DNA from: Eutreptiella sp. 'Long Island Sound 2002'
Lineage: Eukaryota > Protista > Euglenida
NCBI GenBank assembly: GCA_964036045.1
Contig: OZ038378.1
Coordinates: 140,926,001 to 140,990,000 of the forward strand
Reading direction: 5' to 3'
Length of the DNA stretch: 64,000 nucleotides
The position numbers and the translations under genes are program-made. Below the pieces are notes generated by a model. It was not told the DNA's origin, did no database searches, and was given only the letters and a program-made list of their open reading frames with translations. Position 1 is the first letter of the stretch; each line of letters begins with the position of its first letter. This document shows, in pieces, positions 41,901-53,146 of this stretch.

Positions 41901-42900
41901 GTGGATGGACTACGTAGAAGTCGGCGAAACAAGAGCTGCCTTATTCCTCCGGCGGCGGTACGCTTTTAGCCAAAGGTGCAACGAGCCAGAAGAACCATAA
42001 ATCATAGACTATGCACAGATGAACAAGCAAAGACCTTGTGATGCTCCGTGCATCATGTATGATGCAATGCGAATGTTCCTCTTCACCACACATGCCTCGG
42101 CCTTGAGTCCAAAAGTAAAACCAATTTTTGTCAACCACTACATCGACGACGAGGCAAGCCCGGCATCCAAACTGCATATGAGTGTTCAAAAAAATTTTAG
42201 CCTTTCCATTACCAGAGCGCCTAAAAGGCTTCATTATTCATAAGCACTTGACCCATTAAGCCACGTAGATGTACAGTGTCGCCCCCTGCATGCGTGGGAA
42301 CTGAAGATATCCATGGATGTGCGCTGGAAAATGCGGAGTGCACTCAGTAGAGGCAACATGCAGCATACCTTGCCACCACCCCTCTTCGAATCTTTGTTAC
42401 CGGCCAAGGGGTTCCACACAGATGACCATCAGTGCAGCACTCATGTTTTGTACAGCCTTAACCCGCAACTCAATAGTCACCCCAACTCAATAGTCACCCT
42501 CTACCCCGTGGTCTATCCACTGCGACATCCCAACCCTGTAACCGTAACATACATATCCTCGGCCGCTAACCCACGAGCTGCCTATCATGGCAAACTGGCA
42601 TATATCCTCACCCTCCTTGCCCCAACTTGGCCTTACACATTTGCCCAATACATGTATCACGTTCATTCCAATAGTAACCTCGCAAAGGTATTGTGTATCA
42701 CCAACCGTGTGGGTTTACCTAACCCATAAACGCCACAGGACCCAACCCCCTGAAAGTCCCAGTACCCATGTCTGGGGAGACAGAAGCCGATGAGACCCAA
42801 CGCAATATGCATATTCTCGAAGTACACTTGCGGCACATATCCAACCGTACGGAGGTGCCGGACACGAGTGGCAACGCAACTGGAGTGCCAGTACGCAGTT
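41880..42900 (+). pseudogene. Partial helicase copy (motif II region joined to the C-terminal extension)
   Basis: MFLFTTHASALSPKVKPIFVNHYIDDEAS, then MDVRWKMRSALSRGNM homologous to ~41690 and ~49580. Confidence 0.7.
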
Positions 42901-43329
42901 TCTTGGGGGGAGGAGTGTAGATTACAAGATGTATATGGGGGGTTCACCGGGGAGGGGCGGGGGTGATTCCGACGCAAAGTCGAAGTTTTTTGTGTTCTCG
43001 CCGTTTGACGCAAAAATATCATTCCGTAGCGGGGGGGGGGGTGTTAAATTTTTGAAAGCTCCAAGAGAAGGCCTGAAAGGTGTGGGTTGGGGGGGGGGTA
43101 CGAGACCATATTTTGGAGTACCGAAGCCGAAGGATTTGGCATATCAGGGTTTGAAGGGGTGTTTTTTGCCTTTTTATTGCCCGTGTGTGCCGCTGCAGGT
43201 GTTGTGTCCCCATATCCTTGCTCTCCCCATACAACACCTTATTTCTTGCTCTTCTTTGTGATGGGTAAGTCCAAAATCCATGCCCATAAGTCCCCGAAAA
43301 CAGGGCAGTCCAAAGGCACAAAGGAAAAC

Positions 43330-44245
43330 ATGTGCCTCCAATGTGCCCCCCAGTCGGCGGTACCGATTTTTCAAGGGTATCAGCTGCCGCACGTTGACAA
43401 AGTCAATTTCACACGACCAACAAAAACACATGTTGGACGGCTCAAAAAACATTCATGATGACTACGACTTTGACTTCCGCACTCTGCGACAACGCAACAC
43501 ATGGGCCAATTGTATCGTGTGAAATGTTCTCCCTTGGGACATCGAACAGCCACCGTGTTTCACTTGGGCTCATTACTTGCAACGGAAAGAAAATTGCAAG
43601 AGTGATTGTGCAGGGTACTTGGAGCCAAGGTACCTTTCTATTAGTGAGCATTCGTAAACGATAGGGCACTATAATGGGTTGCGGAAAAAATTGGCAGATG
43701 ATGTTTGGAAGCGTTGTCGTAAGATGTGGGGTGTGAGGCACCCGCAAGATTTGAAATCCAATGCCAACAAAGACATGGGAAAATTGAGGGAGACAAGAGC
43801 AGACATCAAGGATAGCGGGTTGGACGAAGCAGTGTAAGAGTTGCAAGAAGCTATACAGAGGGCCGAAATTGCAAACCAAAAAGGACACCGCGTCCCGTTG
43901 CATTTGTCGGAAAGCATTGCGACGGGCTTTGGCAATAACACGAGAAGCCAGGTACCACTTGACACTGTGCTGCTTGTAACATCAAAGCTCCATCTAGAGC
44001 AATCACAATCGGTTGAATTCAAGACAAGCATCGCGGTAAGGTTTAGTTGCATAAGCGGTGCAGCCGCCCGCGGTAAATCGCATGTAGCAATTGTTATCAT
44101 GCAGGTTCGCTTTTGGGTAGGCCACCGCACCTTGGTCACCGGGCCAACAAATGCCTTTGTGCATGGACTATGTAGCAACTGGAGAAAAAAGAGTTGCCTT
44201 CTTGCTTCGGCGGTGGTGCGCCTTCACTCAAAGGTGCAAGGCGCA
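43330..44245 (+). pseudogene. Helicase-repeat copy with Walker A and motif Ia
   Basis: HLEQSQ...RFSCISGAAARGKSHVA...RTLVTGPTNAFV (44053-44152); the upstream part is homologous to ~50560-50850 and ~51610-52150. Confidence 0.75.
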
Positions 44246-45478
44246 GCACCCCGGAATGGGCGGCCCAGGGCCCAACAACGCCCAGCTCACAGAAGCGCAA
44301 AGCCACCGCACAGCCCAAAACCCGACCACGACCAAAACCCAAGTAGTTGACCAAGGAGGAAGTCGCCGCATTGTACCCTGAGTTCACCGTAGGAGCCCGA
44401 GTACAACTGCCCTTCGAGTTGGAAACCGCCGCAGGCGCCTCCGCGTGGACATGTGGGGCCAGCGTGGTCACCCACTGGTACTGGGTAGCCGGAGACCACC
44501 AGGGCCTCAAAATCCACGTCAAGTGGGACCCAGCCTGCCCCACCGACACAGTGGAGGGACGCACCATCCAGCTTTGGCGGGACAACAGCGGGCGGGAACT
44601 GGTCCCCTTGCAACTATGCAACCCGGACGCAGAGCACCTGACCGGCACCGCATATATGGGCGAGGTACATGACGCCTGGAGGGCATTTGGGGATGATGAG
44701 GTCGATGTAGAGGGGCCGGTGGCCCGTGCCCGCGACTGGGAGGTCCCCGTAGGCTGCCTCGTGGCCGCGCACGGTGGTCCGGTCCCCATAGCAAGTGTCG
44801 CTGCTGGAAGAGTGGGTGTCGGCTTCGGGGTAGTGGGAAGGTGTGCCCGTGAGCCCTGCCATGAGGTGGGTGAGTGTCAGTTGGTGCATGGCGTCTCGCA
44901 CGGCAATGTCGGTGGCTGTGGGCAGGCCTGTGGGTTCATCGTCGTTGGGGGCGGCGCTTAGCTCGCCGATGATGATGCTGGGCACCAGGAAGGAGAGGCG
45001 GCGGTATGCCAGGCTCGGGACATCTAGGAAATCTGTGGTTTCCTCCCGGAATGAGACCTGCGTGAGGAGCACGTTCAGCTGCCACCCAGGCCCCACGGAC
45101 TCGTACGCTCGGAGGCGGCCGTCGATCCCGAGGTCGCGGTGGGCGTGTACCGTGACCGAAGCCTTGTGGTAGAGGGGCACCCCTCGCTGCCAGCGGGTGT
45201 GGTACTTGTTTCACCCTGGGTCCAAGATTGGTGCCGGCTCGGGCTGGTCCGCCGTGCGGAGGGCTTGCTCAAGGTCACCCGAGGAGGTCCGCGCCTTGGG
45301 GGTGTGGTCCGGGCATGGCCTGTACTGTGGCGGCTTCTGTGGGGTCGTAGGTGACCGCGGGTTCGTTTAAGGTGTTGATGCGGGTGTGGGCTTTTGTAGG
45401 CGGTGGTGATTTGGGGCCTGCGGACGCGGTGGTGGACCGTCTCTGGTCCGGACTGTTTACGGCGCTTCCGTAGGGGCC
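44245..45478. mobile_element. GC-rich retroelement-derived insertion interrupting the helicase repeat; contains an APE fragment on minus
   Basis: Helicase homology stops near 44245 and resumes near 45478. Minus-strand SIIIGELSAAP...GTPSHYP...DTCYGD resembles APE GDFN / PT / ID motifs. Confidence 0.6.
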
Positions 45479-45654
45479 AGCAAGCCAAAGGCACGACAAA
45501 TCATAGACCATGCATACATGAACAAGCAAAGACCCTACGATGCTCTGTGGAGGATGTATATATAATCCAATGTGATGTTCGTGTTCACCACACATGCCTT
45601 GCCCCTTGTCTTGCCTTGGTGTGTTGCTGTTGTCGTTTGGACAGAGGCCTTTGT

Positions 45655-45735
45655 CTCTCGCTCTCCCTCGCTCTCTCTCCCTCTCTCTCTCTCTATCTCT
45701 CTTCCTCCCTCCCTCTCTCTCTCTCTCTCTCTCGT
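45655..45735. repeat. (CT)n microsatellite
   Basis: Direct reading. Confidence 0.9.
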
Positions 45736-48189
45736 GTTTCATTTGTGGTGCTGCATTTAGTTGCTTGATTTTTGAGGGGTTGCTTCTTGGGGCCCCGTCC
45801 CTCCCATTGGAATGCACAAGGGGCGGGGGGGGGGGGGCGAAAGGCGCCTATGGCAATGCTGCTCTGCAGCCTTGTGCCTTTGTGGTAAGGGTTAGCATTC
45901 AACATCTGCATCCCACAGCGGGCGACGAAAGCGAATTCTATGGCACCATTCACAATGTGCCGTTATCCCCCTACCCCCGAGCCCCCAATCCTCAACCAAA
46001 CCCAGTGCCAGAACGCACGGCCGTAAAGTCGCGTTTTCCAGCCGTCATATCTTCTAAAGGCAAATTGATTGCCCTAGGCACCACAGAATAGTTGGGGTAG
46101 GGCATTCGATGTTCTTGTCACTCGGTCTGGGCACTGCACTTCGTTGGTATGACGTTTAGTGGGACCATTTTGCTAACAGACACGTTGAAGGGCTTTTTTT
46201 TTGTGGGCCCGAGGGGGCAACAGATACAATGATCATTCACTGTGGTGTTGTGTTGTGTGTGGTGTTATTGCCCGATTTTCTAGTGTGGACCCGTTTGTCG
46301 TGACCCAGCCTTTCAATTGGCGTGAATCCCTTTTTTTCTTTTGTGCCTTCCCTCAACGTTTCCTCCACACCCTTGAGAACTGCAGCGCCCCCACCCTTTT
46401 TCCCCTCCCCCATTGCCCCCCATCTCCTCCCAATATTCCCACACCCTCTCCCATGTTCCTTTGCATACCAATACACTGACTGTCACCCCCATGCCCCACT
46501 GTATCCCCCAAGCATTTCAACCGCATCCGAAGCTGTTCGTTACACTCGTTGAAAGTCCGTCGTGGACTCCAATGGGCACGGCGGGTGCCCCCCCCCCCCC
46601 CCCGTACCGCCGCCGTCTCGCGGGGGGTATGGCGCACCTGCGATGCCACAGCCCCTGGCACGTATTCCTGCACACAAACGCACCGGGAAACGTTTCACGG
46701 TCCCTCGCGGGAGCCAAAGGCAGCGAACATGTGCACAAAGGATGTTGATCGGAGACCGGGGACTCTTTTGCGGCCGCAGTCTGCCCGATCAATGGTGAAT
46801 GAAACACTAGCTGCGCCAATGGCCAAATGGGAAATCCACACATCCCCCCCCCCCCTTGTCCAAGGAACACTTCCGTTCGGACCGTTTTTTTTTTGGGGGG
46901 GGGTTCATTAAGTAGGTACCGCGTTTGGGTACCGAATTAAGTAGGTACCGCATCGTGTGTCCAACGAATGCTCCCGTTTGGACCGTTTTTTTAGGGAATT
47001 TTACTATTCGCTAAACATGGGGGGCGGGTATGCGCATATTCTTCGAAAACGTCTGTTTTTTGGGGCACGGCCGTGTTTATTGCTGTGTGAATGCTGGTAT
47101 GTGTACTGCTTGATGATGGATTTGGCTGTCAAAATATTTTGCTTTTACTCTTTTTTTCGCTTTTTCTACAAAAAAAAAACTAGAAAAATATACCCCCCAA
47201 AATACAAACCACTGGCCACTGGCCAAACGCCTTCTGGCCACTGTTTAGGTCACTCTCGCACCCGATCCGCCCACGTCCTCAAGCTCCGTGGCGGTGCTCC
47301 TGGTGTTCGCCGTCCGGTCCCACGCCATGGCGCACGACGACGGCAATGATATGAAAGTGGCGGTTGTATGGGATTGGGCGTCGCAGGGCTCCTTCCTGTC
47401 GGTGATGCTGCTGCTGCTGTCACTGTTCGCTTGGAACGGGGGGTTGGCGGCGTATGAAGCGAGGCTGCTGCTTCTGATGTCCGTGGTATGCCTCCACTTC
47501 GGCCCTTCCTCCATCTCACAAGCCCCATGGCCAAAGGCCTAACCAAGGTGCTTTTTTTTAACCAAAGGGAGGAGCAACACGTGATTGCCTTGTTTCCGGT
47601 CCTAGAGGCCAGCCTAAATAATGGCAATGCTGGGGATATTGTCCGCTGTCCATCTGGGGTCGCCGGACCCCTTCAAGGTGCTGCCATGCAATCGCCCCTT
47701 TCCCTACCGGTGATACCTAGGTTGCAGATGCCCAGATGAGTCATAGGGGGGGGGGATTCTCCCATTTGGGTTTTTGGACAGGGATCGTGTGCATGCGTTT
47801 GTGTCAATCGGCACAAACACATATCATTACGACCACACTTGCCCAGTTGTGTTGCCTCCATGGGCCCCATCCTCTATGGTGAATGAAGGGGATGAGACCC
47901 ACTGTAGTCATTTTGGTGGTGACCAGGTGCTTAACCCTGCTGATCGCAATGCCGTGCATGTGGCAACAAGCCACTCTGTGCACAGCCCTCCCTTGAAAGG
48001 ACATGCTCTGCATGCCAGAAAACCTGCATGGAATGTGCCTGACACCCACATGCAGAGTGGTGCCGAGGGTGGTGGTGATGCCACATTTGGACACATGCCC
48101 GCGCGATACGATTTTGTAATGCCGGTGGATGGCACCACCCTCTATGCAACCTGCGAGCATCTGCATCCCCTGCCCATTCGTAAGAGTGC

Positions 48190-50150
48190 AAGGGTACAAA
48201 ATGTGTTCATACACCACTATATCGTCAATGAGATGGGCAAACATCCCTGCGACATTGGCAGTAACAACAAGCACCAAAAATACCATTATTTTTGGAGAGG
48301 TCGATTGCAATTACCTCCTCATACTCATTCGCACAAGGCTATGGCACTGCCTCTACACAAAGGCGTGGAAGACATGGACGAAATGATTGACCTTGCACAA
48401 GTTAATGGCTTCGATGTGTGGCGGCCTGGCATCGTTCTCCACAAAATGATTGCATAGCAGCACCGGATTAACACGCAACTGACATTCGTTTTGACGGTGT
48501 TTTGAGGACATATGGCAGGACAGGCACCAACAACTAGGAATCTAGCGATTTTGGGCAAATTTAGGCGGACTTTTTAGGGTTCAACTTCCACGTCACGCGT
48601 TTTGCATTTTCTTTCATTTTTTGCCGAAGAAACCACGGGCAAAAGGGGCTAAAAATGAGCAATGTCAGCGGACGCATTCAAAAGTGCGGTGCATAAATGG
48701 TACATCCGATCCTAGTAGACTCAAGCACTCACTTGTTGGACGCCTCCGTTGACCACATACACACACTAGCGGATGAAAATTTCAACCTCAATTGTGCGCC
48801 ATGAATCCCTCGCGTCCCCACGTCATCATTCTTTACAAAATCAACTCGATACCAACAAGACATTCTTGTGTGGGGATAGGAGCACCGGGAAGGTACAATA
48901 GTTGCACTACTGGCTAACCACTACGAACAAACGCGTGTGAACAAGGCTCTTTTTGGTTCACCTCAATTGGTGCCGGAAATGGACATTGTTGGCTAATTTC
49001 AAGGCAACCAAGTAGATATTGTCATCCTGAACATTGCATTTGAAAACACCGCTGTTTTTTGCTTCGAATGCACGACAATATGACAATATGTAGTGTGTTC
49101 ACGAGCAGGGCAGAGGTTGTTTGTCGTGGGAGAAATCGCAAAGCAGAACGAACACCAACAAGGAAAGCACTTGATGGATGCCTTGTGTGCGGTGGCATCC
49201 GGGCAAGCTATTCCGCTTACCCGCGTACATAGTTTTCAAGCTCTACCCTAATTTGAGCTAAATACGGCACCAAATGAAACATCTTACTAGGTGATGTTGA
49301 TTTGGAACCCAAGGGGTACAGCATTCCTCCAAACAAAACTGCTACAACATGACATCTTGCGCCATATCCAATCCGAGGGGCAAAGTTGTTCAACAGCCCG
49401 GCGTCCATAATAAAGGGCTGCGGTCTTCATCCGGAAGGTACATGGGTGTTCACCAACATTTTAAGCTTTCCACTACCACACCACCTAAAAGGCTTCATTA
49501 TTCATGAAACACTTGACCAATTAAGGCGCGTAGAGGTACAATGTCAACACCTGCGTTTGTGGGAGCTAGTCATATCCATGGATGTGCGCCGTAAAATGCG
49601 GAGTGCACTCTGTAGAGGCAACATGCATTATACCTTAACACTGCCCCTTTTCGAATCTTTGCTACCGGCGATGTTAATGCATTGCACACACATGACAATG
49701 AGTGCAACACTCCTGTATTTTTTGTACGCCCTCATTCCCCAAATCAATACCCACCCTCTACCCAGTGGTCTATCCACTGCGCCATCCGAAGCTTGTAACC
49801 GTAACACACATATCCTCGGCCCCGAACCCATAACCTACCTATTATGGCGAACTAGCATATATCTGCACCCTCCTTGCCTAAACTTGGCCTTACACATTTG
49901 GCCAATACATGTATCACCTTCGTTGCCACCTTAAACTTCTTAAGTTGCAACCCCCTGAGCGTCCGAGTACCCATGTTTGGGAAGACGCAAGCCGATGAAA
50001 CGCAACTCAACATGCATTTTCTCGGAGTACACTTGGGCCACATACCCAACTGTTCGGAGGTGCCTCACACTAGTGGCAACGCCATTGCGGAACGCAGGTG
50101 CAAATGCCACTACGCATCTTCTTGGGTATAGGAGTGTAGATTAGAAGATG
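48190..50150 (+). pseudogene. Decayed UPF1/DNA2-like SF1 helicase, copy with motifs II-VI and C-terminal extension
   Basis: HHYIVNE, RLQLPP, QHRI, FQGNQVDIVILNI (~48998), YVVCSRAG (~49088); colinear with 40330-41900 and 42250-42930. Confidence 0.8.
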
Positions 50151-52150
50151 TATATGGGCGTTCTACCGCGGGGGGGGGGGGGGTGATGCCGAGGCAAAGT
50201 TGGAGTTTTTTCAGTTCTCGCCGTTCGTCTAAAAGTTATCATTGTGCAGGGGGGGGGGGGATGTTAACCTTCTGAAAGATCCAAGAAAAGGCCATTTGGG
50301 AAAGGTGTGGTTTCGGGGGGGGGGGGGGGTAAGAGACCATATTTTTGAGTACCGAAGCTGAAGGATTAGGCAACCACGGTCTTAAGGGTTTTTGTGTGCC
50401 TCTGTGTGCTGCTGCATGTGTTCTGTCCCCGTATCCTTCTTTTCCCCATACAAAACCTTATTTCTTGTTCTTCTTTGTAATGACTAAGTCCAAATCCATG
50501 TCCCCAAGTCCCCGAAAACTTCTTCAGGAAAACTTCTTCAGGGCAATCCAAAGTCAAAACGGGACACATATGCTTCCGATGTGCCCCCCAATCGGTGGTA
50601 CCGCTTTTTGAAGGGTATCGGCCGCCGTACGTTGATGGAGGCGATGTCACATGACGATAAAAAGCCAATGTTGGCGGAGTTGAAAAAGATTGATGATGAC
50701 AATGACTTGGACATCAGCATTCTCCGACAACGCAATGCATGGGCCAATTGTATCGTGTGAAGTTTTGTCTTTTGGGATGTGGAAGAGCCACCGCGTTTCA
50801 CATGGGCTCATTATTTGCAAAAGAAAGAAAATTGCAACAGTGATTGTGTAAGGTGCTTGGGGCGGAGCAAGTTTTCTATGATTGACGGCTTAAAAAAGGT
50901 GGGGAGCTACGATCGCTTTTAGGCAATACATGTTTCACCTTGGTTCCAATGGTAAACTAGCAACGGCATTGTCTATCACCAACCCTATTGTTTTCCCGAA
51001 CCCTTAACCGCCCGGGGACCCGACCGTCTGAGAGTCCTAGTACGCGTGTTTGGGAATACACAAAACGATAAAAACCAACGCAAGATAGGGCAAGAAGTGG
51101 TGCATATACTCCAAGTACCCCTACGCCGCATACCTAACTGTTCAGAGGTGCCTGACACCAGTGGCAATGTTGTTGCCGAACGCAACTGCAAGTGCCACTA
51201 CGCATCTTCTTCGGGGCAGGAGTGTAGATTACAAGATGAATATGGGCGTCTGACCGGGGGGCAATTCCGACGCAAAATTGGATTTTTTCCAGTTTTCGCT
51301 GATTTGCTCAAAATGATCATTTTGAAAGCTCCACTGAAGGCCGTTTTACAAAGGTGTGGGTTAAGGGGGGGAGGGTAGGAGACCATATTTTTTTTAGTAC
51401 CGAACCCGAAGGATTTTAAATTTGACGATGTGAAGTGTTTTGTTTTGCTTTTGTCCTGCTTGTGTGTGATGTTGCATGTGTTGTGTCCCAGTATGCTTTT
51501 TTGTCCCGATATAGGATCTTATTTGTTGCTCTTGTTTGTGATAGCTAACTGCAAAACGAGGCCCCCACGTCCCGGAAACTTTTTGAGGGCAGTCCAAAGA
51601 CAAAACGGAAAAAGTATGCTTCCAACGGGCCCTCCGGTCGGTGGCACCGATTTTGGAACGGCATCAGATGCCACAGTTGATAAGGTCGATTTCACATGAC
51701 CAACAAAAACAAAGATTGAAGGATGTGAAAAAATGGATAATGACAACGACTTTGACTTAGAAACTCTCCGACAACGCAAAGCATGGGCCAACTGTGTCGT
51801 GTGACATTTTGTCCCTTGGGACATCAAAGAGCCACCACGTTTCACTTGGTCTGATTGTTTGCAATAGACCGAAAAGTGCAAAACTGATTGTGCAGGCTAC
51901 TCGGAGCAAAGCCGGTTTTCTGTGAGTGGCCGCTTGAAAACGATTGGGCACTATGATCGCTTGCGGGCAGCATTGGCAGATGATATTTGGAAGCGTTGTT
52001 GTAAGATGTGGGGTGTGGGGCACCCCTGGGATGTGAAATCCAATGCCAACAAAGATATGGAAAAAATGAGGGAGACAAGAGCGGACATCAAGGATAGCAG
52101 GTTTGCCGAAGCAATGTAAGAGATGCAAGAAGACATACAGAGGGCCGAAG
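50130..52150 (+). repeat. Two further partial units of the helicase-associated repeat (G-rich module plus upstream ORF piece)
   Basis: GGAGTGTAGATTA...GAGACCATATTTT...GAGTACCGAAGC module at ~42910, ~50130 and ~51220, each followed by DFD.RTLRQRN.WANC.V-like sequence. Confidence 0.75.
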
Positions 52151-52812
52151 TTGTAAACTAAAAAGGACAGTTGGTCTCGAGTGAGGAATTCCATACATCA
52201 AAAGAAGCCTCGAAGATGCAATTGGGAGTGGCACCGGCATGCGTTCACCCACCAATTGAAAGGGTGACCAAATTTCTTTATGCTGGGTTTGCTTGACAAA
52301 TAGCACTTTCGATACTGGAGTAAAAGCGACAACATGTGGTGCGGTGAGAGAGCTCAAATATTTCCAGCTTTTTCGGAGATTTTCAAGAGCGGCAGTAGTT
52401 CGTCCCTTCACGAGTGTGGGGTGGCCCGCAAGAAATTGTGCTTGCCACACGTGGCTTACCAACGCACACGCACCAAACCCGTTGGGGGCGGCGCAATACC
52501 CCTCGTAGGGCTACCTGAGGGGGAGGCCTTGTTGATACACACAACCGGCTACCAAACCAGTCTACGGAGGGTGTGCAACGGCTATCGCACGCACGTCCGC
52601 TAGAACAAGGCGTGGACCATCTGGCGGAGCAGCGTCCGACAGGGCGCCCAGCCGCCGGACCTAGATGGGCCGCTAACGCCGGTCCATGCCTATTACATGG
52701 GAGCGGACTTGTGGCCCTTGGCGGTTTCGCTACACACGATCACCAGATAGGCGATGCACCAGAAGCAAGAGTAGGCAGTCCCCTCCAACCTCATCTGGGA
52801 ACCTAACCAAGA

Positions 52813-53146
52813 AACACATCTGGTAAGTGCATGTGGCGGGATCCCGGTCTAGGTAGCGGAGGCGCCCAATCTACACGCTGGACCCATCACGCACACCCGG
52901 TCGGCAGCGACGATCGCTATTGCACAGCGCGGGCGGCACCCCTCCTGCTTGGTGTGCTGCATATTCGGCCCAGCCGATGAACACATCTGGTAAGTGCATG
53001 GGGCGGGATCCCGGTCTAGGTAGCGGAGGCGCCCAATCTACACGCTGGACCCATCACGCACACCCGGTCGGCAGCGACGATCGCTATTGCACAGCGCGGG
53101 CGGCACCCCTCCTGCTTGGTGTGCTGCATATTCGGCCCAGCCGATG
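52813..53146. repeat. 167-bp tandem duplication (2 copies, one mismatch seen)
   Basis: AACACATCTGGTAAGTGCATG... starts at 52813 and 52980. Confidence 0.9.

Noticed and set aside
39700-52150. Helitron call for the helicase repeat
   Set aside because: The motifs are UPF1/DNA2-type (GDxxQLPP, FQG, SRA) rather than PIF1-type, and no convincing HUH Rep motifs are on the coding strand. The AHIHG string near 42320 is antisense to the conserved frame.
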